Below, piece by piece: positions 59,916 to 64,000 of a stretch of 64,000 bases of DNA. The notes beneath the pieces are model-generated. The model was given only the letters and a program-made list of their open reading frames with translations, ran no database searches and was not told the DNA's origin. Origin of the DNA: Syntrophales bacterium (GTDB lineage Bacteria; Desulfobacterota; Syntrophia; Syntrophales; UBA2210); assembly GCA_028718565.1 (NCBI GenBank), contig JAQULO010000001.1, forward strand, positions 27,736 through 91,735, written 5' to 3'. A program made the translations under genes and the position numbers. The stretch's first letter is position 1; the number at the start of each line of letters is the position of its first letter.

Positions 59916-60356
59916 AGCAGGCTGGCCTCTTCCCGCCCCATTTTGCGTTCCGCAGCTCGACAGGGCTATCTTCCCGCGTAAAAACTGAAAAAATCACCCA
60001 CGAAAACAAGTCACAAGAGACTCACCCCACCTTTTAACGGTCCAATCCAACGTAGTATCTTTCCATGGAAACCTCCTTGTGGTTTATTTCTGGGCGAGTC
60101 CATCCCACCCAGCAGCTTGCGTTTAAAAACATTGTGAACCGCCGGGAGGGTTCCTGCAATCTATATTGCTTAGCATTCAAACACCATTATTTTTCACAAA
60201 GGAACCATTAGGAGATGGTAAGGATATCGGATAACAGTGTAGAGTAAAGAAACCAATTAAATCATCTATATAAAGCATCATTTCCCCTATTGACTATTTT
60301 TGAAACTCCAGGGCATTTGATCTGTGTCTACCACCCTTTTTACCTGTCCGTCTGCG

Positions 60357-61085
60357 TCACTCTTTTCTGGCGAGCACGTGGTAGCCGAAGCATAGAAGTT
60401 CGGAAGAACCGTTGTCCGTTGTGCTGAAACGTTGCAGCATCCGCAGGGCAATGAATATGCTCAATCTTTCAATGAGCCCCGGCTTTTTTTTTGAATACCG
60501 TTTCGAAATAGATTCTATCCTATCCATCTCCTGCGCGACAAATTCGAAGAAATTACCATTGGGAATTATTTCAATAATGTAGAGGCCCTGTGCTGTCAAA
60601 TGTGTCTCATACCAGTATTTGTTGAAACCGGTACTGAAATGGTAAGGAGAAAAGTGTGTCAGTGAGCAGAAGGGAGCGGTCAGAATCAAGTGGCCCTTCG
60701 GTTTGAGAAGGCGCGAAAATTCCTTTATAGCGCGATCGGGTTGAGGCAGATGCTCCAGAACTTCTATGCACATGATTGCATCAAAGGAGGCATCGGGTTC
60801 CGGAATCGCCGTGATGTCGCTCACGATATCAAGCGTTCCATAATCAAACGTTTGTGTCTGTAGGCCGGCATCATCTCCTTGGCCGTCATACTGCCCGAAA
60901 TCTTGAGAGACATAGTTCAAATGCTCGCAGAATGACCGGTAACGTCGGGTTCCAGCGCCCGCGTCCAATATCCTGCTCTTTGTCGGCAGGGCTTGCAGTC
61001 TTTCCCTCAACCAGCGGTCACGGGAGGCCTCATTGTCTTTTCCGACGGATGGCCGCAGGGACCGTACCAGGTTCGTGATGCTCAT
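60357..61085 (-). CDS. Class I SAM-dependent methyltransferase
   Basis: SAM motif I (ILDAGAGTRRY), post-I acidic residue and motif II (DAIMCIEVLEHL). Confidence 0.8.
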   Translation of the reverse strand: MSITNLVRSLRPSVGKDNEASRDRWLRERLQALPTKSRILDAGAGTRRYRSFCEHLNYVSQDFGQYDGQGDDAGLQTQTFDYGTLDIVSDITAIPEPDASFDAIMCIEVLEHLPQPDRAIKEFSRLLKPKGHLILTAPFCSLTHFSPYHFSTGFNKYWYETHLTAQGLYIIEIIPNGNFFEFVAQEMDRIESISKRYSKKKPGLIERLSIFIALRMLQRFSTTDNGSSELLCFGYHVLARKE

Positions 61086-61177
61086 TTCAGCTCTTTTGCC
61101 CCCAAGAGACGAATCTCATTCCGTGTCAGTGATTCTTCCGTGACCTAAGCTGTTTCGACGGTGATGTTGTCCTACTC

Positions 61178-61918
61178 TTACGGAGTTCCTCTTGAATAGA
61201 CATCCCCAAATATCATGTTACCTGGTAAAGACGTGAGAACCTCACAGATTTCTTTTTCCCCGATCCACTCATCAAGGGCAAATTTCATCGATTCTTCGAT
61301 CGAATAATTAAAGTTTTTCATTCCAAGTGATGACAGATATTGTATGCTCAGTATCGAAGGTTCTATGATCTCTTGCACAAACTCGAAAGAGATATGGGGT
61401 ACCGGCCGGGATAAACCCTGAAGAACCTTATATTCATACCCCTCCACATCAATTTTGATAAAGTCGGGCACGCCGTATTGGTCAATAAGTTTGTCAAGGG
61501 TTGTGATTGATACCATTGTCGTAGTACCCCAGGTGCAATCGGCAAACCTCCCGCTTGATTTTACGCGATTGATCCATTCCGATGAAAACGACGAGATCGT
61601 AGGCTCATCATCACACACCATCATCGTTTCTTGATGTTCCCTGTCTCCGAGGGCCTGTTGTATCAGCACGACATTTTTGTTGTTTTTATATTTACCCCTC
61701 AGTATCTTCATACATCTGTCTTGGGGTTCTATGGCAATGACCGAGGCGCCCAGCTTCAAAAATATATCGGTCCTATTCCCAATGTTCGCCCCAACATCAA
61801 AGCACAGGGATTTACCCCCTATCATGGTGGAATAGAATTCCATCATAGCCGTCTTGCGGCGATACTCATTCGGCTTGAACAATTTCAGATACACGTTCTG
61901 CACGTCCTTCAGCGTCAT
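61178..61918 (-). CDS. FkbM-family methyltransferase
   Basis: CFDVGANIGNRTDIF, AIEPQ and IDVEGYEYKVLQG, typical of FkbM (TIGR01444-like). Confidence 0.8.
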   Translation of the reverse strand: MTLKDVQNVYLKLFKPNEYRRKTAMMEFYSTMIGGKSLCFDVGANIGNRTDIFLKLGASVIAIEPQDRCMKILRGKYKNNKNVVLIQQALGDREHQETMMVCDDEPTISSFSSEWINRVKSSGRFADCTWGTTTMVSITTLDKLIDQYGVPDFIKIDVEGYEYKVLQGLSRPVPHISFEFVQEIIEPSILSIQYLSSLGMKNFNYSIEESMKFALDEWIGEKEICEVLTSLPGNMIFGDVYSRGTP

Positions 61919-62067
61919 GGGTGAACTCCTCTAATCTCAAAATATCTCCCATCTGAATAAAACGGCCTCCTGACGAAGAGGAGCCCTTTCTCGGTATCAG
62001 ACCCCTTCCCCTACATCACGGGCGTATTCTTTCCCACAGGTTGAAACACGCGGGCCGGGACGTCGTT

Positions 62068-62856
62068 TCACAATCGATGCGTTTTATTGCTGAGGAGTAT
62101 GTCATCGGGGTACCTGACAACAACTTCAAACCCAGCCAACTCTTTCAGGAGCTGTTTAAGCGGCAGCTGCCCCTCATAGAGCTCCTTATTACTGTATTCG
62201 GTGTAGAGGAAACGCGTGTTTTTCAGGGCGGTTCTTCCTCCCTGGATAACATCGATTTCGGCACCTTGAACATCCATCCATATAAAATCAAATGTATCTA
62301 TTCCCTGTTCCGTACACCATGTATCCAGCTTCTTTGTCGGGATGACGATGTTTTTTTCAAACTTACACCATGGGTGGGCCAGCATATGGTTGTTGGGTTT
62401 GCGAATCGAGCCTGAATAATCCCACCCTTCGGGCATTTCTTCGGTTTCCTGCCCCCCGCTCATATAGAAAACTTCTTCTCCATCTTTGTTGCTGATAGCA
62501 TATTCGTAGAAATGTATTTCATCTCGCTCCCCGATTCTTTTTCTGAAACGTGATGCGGCCCTGGGGTCGGGCTCAAAGCAGAAAATTCTGGGGGAGTCGA
62601 AGACTTCCAGAAACCAGAGCGTATTACTTCCGTCATTGCAGCCAATTTCCAAAATTGTCGGATCGGGCCGGGAAACAAGCTGGGATATAAACTCTTTGGT
62701 GATGGGCGAATCCGTTATGGGAGGTTCTCCCTTAAGATGGTAATATAAAAGGGTGGGTAATTTTCTCAGCCTTGACAGGACACCTGCTTCTTTTCCATAT
62801 TGTTTCATCTTTTCACCATGGTACAACGTAATAGGCAGTTCCACGCGGTGGCCCAA
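62068..62856 (-). CDS. FkbM-family methyltransferase
   Basis: ILEIGCNDGSNTLWF, CFEPDP and MDVQGAEIDVIQGG. The start may be the internal Met at 62808. Confidence 0.8.
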   Translation of the reverse strand: MGHRVELPITLYHGEKMKQYGKEAGVLSRLRKLPTLLYYHLKGEPPITDSPITKEFISQLVSRPDPTILEIGCNDGSNTLWFLEVFDSPRIFCFEPDPRAASRFRKRIGERDEIHFYEYAISNKDGEEVFYMSGGQETEEMPEGWDYSGSIRKPNNHMLAHPWCKFEKNIVIPTKKLDTWCTEQGIDTFDFIWMDVQGAEIDVIQGGRTALKNTRFLYTEYSNKELYEGQLPLKQLLKELAGFEVVVRYPDDILLSNKTHRL

Positions 62857-62927
62857 GAAAGACTCTTATTCCATATTGCGGAGCTGCGACTTATAACACA
62901 GTGCGCAAGATCGCTGCAAGGTCTTCT

Positions 62928-63905
62928 CTACACAAGGCACGCGCGACGGGTAAAGTCAGGAGAGATTTCCTGATGAGCACTTTCATTTATAAAGCCGTAC
63001 AGATTTCCGATATCCAATTGATACCCCTGCTGCCACCGCTCCAGTAAGAAATCTTGGTGAATATCCCCGTATAAGTTTTTAATTTCTTTCTGCACCTTAT
63101 TGCAGGGTATGTTGACGATTTTTGATTTTTTGTACGCCACTCCCAGACGGAATGAAAAAAAATGACGAAACTTCTGTAATTGATCCTCAAGGGTGTTTGG
63201 TGCGGAAAAATCGATTAACCGTATCATGGTGGTGATTTCCCGGGTTGAAAAGAAGTGACCATCCAGAGAGACCGGATATGACCAATCATGTGCTCCCTGA
63301 TCCCATCTCCAAACAATTTTATCTGTATCTTTTATGATGTCCGGCATGAATGAAGGCAAAGGCTGCTCATCGTTTATGGTGTAGCATCTTCTCAGATTTG
63401 CTCCCATCCGTAAAGATGGCACAAACTTATCCATGTCGAATTTGACAAGATCCGCCATATTAAACTCTTCGGTAAAGATGATGTCGTCCACCAGAAAAAA
63501 AACCTTTTCGGCCGTAAGCGCCTCAAGGAGATGGAGAAGGTCCTTGCGAAAAGAATTTTCATGCTCCTGTTTTATGAAGGAGATTTGGCGATCGGCACAT
63601 AATGTGATTACATCCTCATATGCTTTCTGATGGGATGTGTTCGTCGTGTGGTATAAAACGTACAGGGGAACGGGTGAAGCCACCTTTTCCTGATATGTTG
63701 TCAAGAGCGCATGAAGTTGGAGGGCCCTGTCTTTTGAGAAAATAACGCACTCGGCTGGATATTCTCCGGATTTATCCACCCATTGCGTTCTTGATTCATA
63801 GAGCGAAGCAAACGCGTTTCGTTCCCAAAGCACCGAAGAGTCTTGAAGTGTCAGATCGAAAGGTTTTAGCAAGAAGTTAATGTTTGCCCTGATGAATTTA
63901 TTCAT
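62928..63905 (-). CDS. Hypothetical protein, possibly a GT-A-fold glycosyltransferase
   Basis: 325-aa ORF. It has an N-terminal strand-helix pattern (ECVIFSKDRALQLHALL) and a DxD-like FFLVDDIIF, in a polysaccharide-modification context. I recognise no family. Confidence 0.35.
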   Translation of the reverse strand: MNKFIRANINFLLKPFDLTLQDSSVLWERNAFASLYESRTQWVDKSGEYPAECVIFSKDRALQLHALLTTYQEKVASPVPLYVLYHTTNTSHQKAYEDVITLCADRQISFIKQEHENSFRKDLLHLLEALTAEKVFFLVDDIIFTEEFNMADLVKFDMDKFVPSLRMGANLRRCYTINDEQPLPSFMPDIIKDTDKIVWRWDQGAHDWSYPVSLDGHFFSTREITTMIRLIDFSAPNTLEDQLQKFRHFFSFRLGVAYKKSKIVNIPCNKVQKEIKNLYGDIHQDFLLERWQQGYQLDIGNLYGFINESAHQEISPDFTRRACLV

Positions 63906-64000
63906 TATTCTTCATTTTGTACGAACTAACACATTGTTGTATCTTGGCGGCTGTCTCATGTCTCCATCGCCCCAGAAACCGGGGGCCCGCACGATAGAAA

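Overview
This is a 64-kb chromosomal window with about 60 genes. The gene content fits an anaerobic, selenocysteine-using Gram-negative bacterium. A deltaproteobacterial / Thermodesulfobacteriota-like origin is my guess from gene repertoire only. The backbone is housekeeping: lysS, yicC-gmk-rpoZ-pyrF-rlmB, pilC, uvrB-uvrC, ttcA, smpB, ppsA, rnhA, radA, serC-serA-purA, rsfS, comF, dksA and priA. It also carries two tRNAs (Pro-CGG and a CAU tRNA) and RNase P RNA. An energy-metabolism block at 11.5-27.7 kb holds a Tat-exported, Sec-containing formate dehydrogenase (fdnGHI-fdhE, minus strand). It is divergent from a membrane-bound group-1 [NiFe] hydrogenase (small, large, cytochrome b), followed by hyaD-hypA-C-D-B-F-E. 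Main findings: (1) A second selenoprotein is missed by the ORF track. ORF 28004-29203 is the C-terminal part of a 444-aa CoA-disulfide-reductase/NADH-oxidase-family flavoprotein. Its redox-Cys codon is an in-frame TGA followed by a perfect 9-bp hairpin (SECIS-like). (2) A 769-aa in-frame fusion joins an intact cysteine synthase to a full-length cysteinyl-tRNA synthetase with divergent motifs (HIGH->HIGT, KMSKS->KMSRS, changed Zn-ligand block). (3) Several genes are decayed: nth, a NucS-like nuclease, an integrase N-terminus, a TolB-like lipoprotein with TGA at a conserved Trp position, and a LolA-like gene with two -1 shifts. (4) The window ends in a visibly AT-richer cluster of three methyltransferases plus an uncharacterised GT-A-like protein. 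I saw no CRISPR array, rRNA or intact mobile element. All homology statements come from my own motif recognition; no searches were run.
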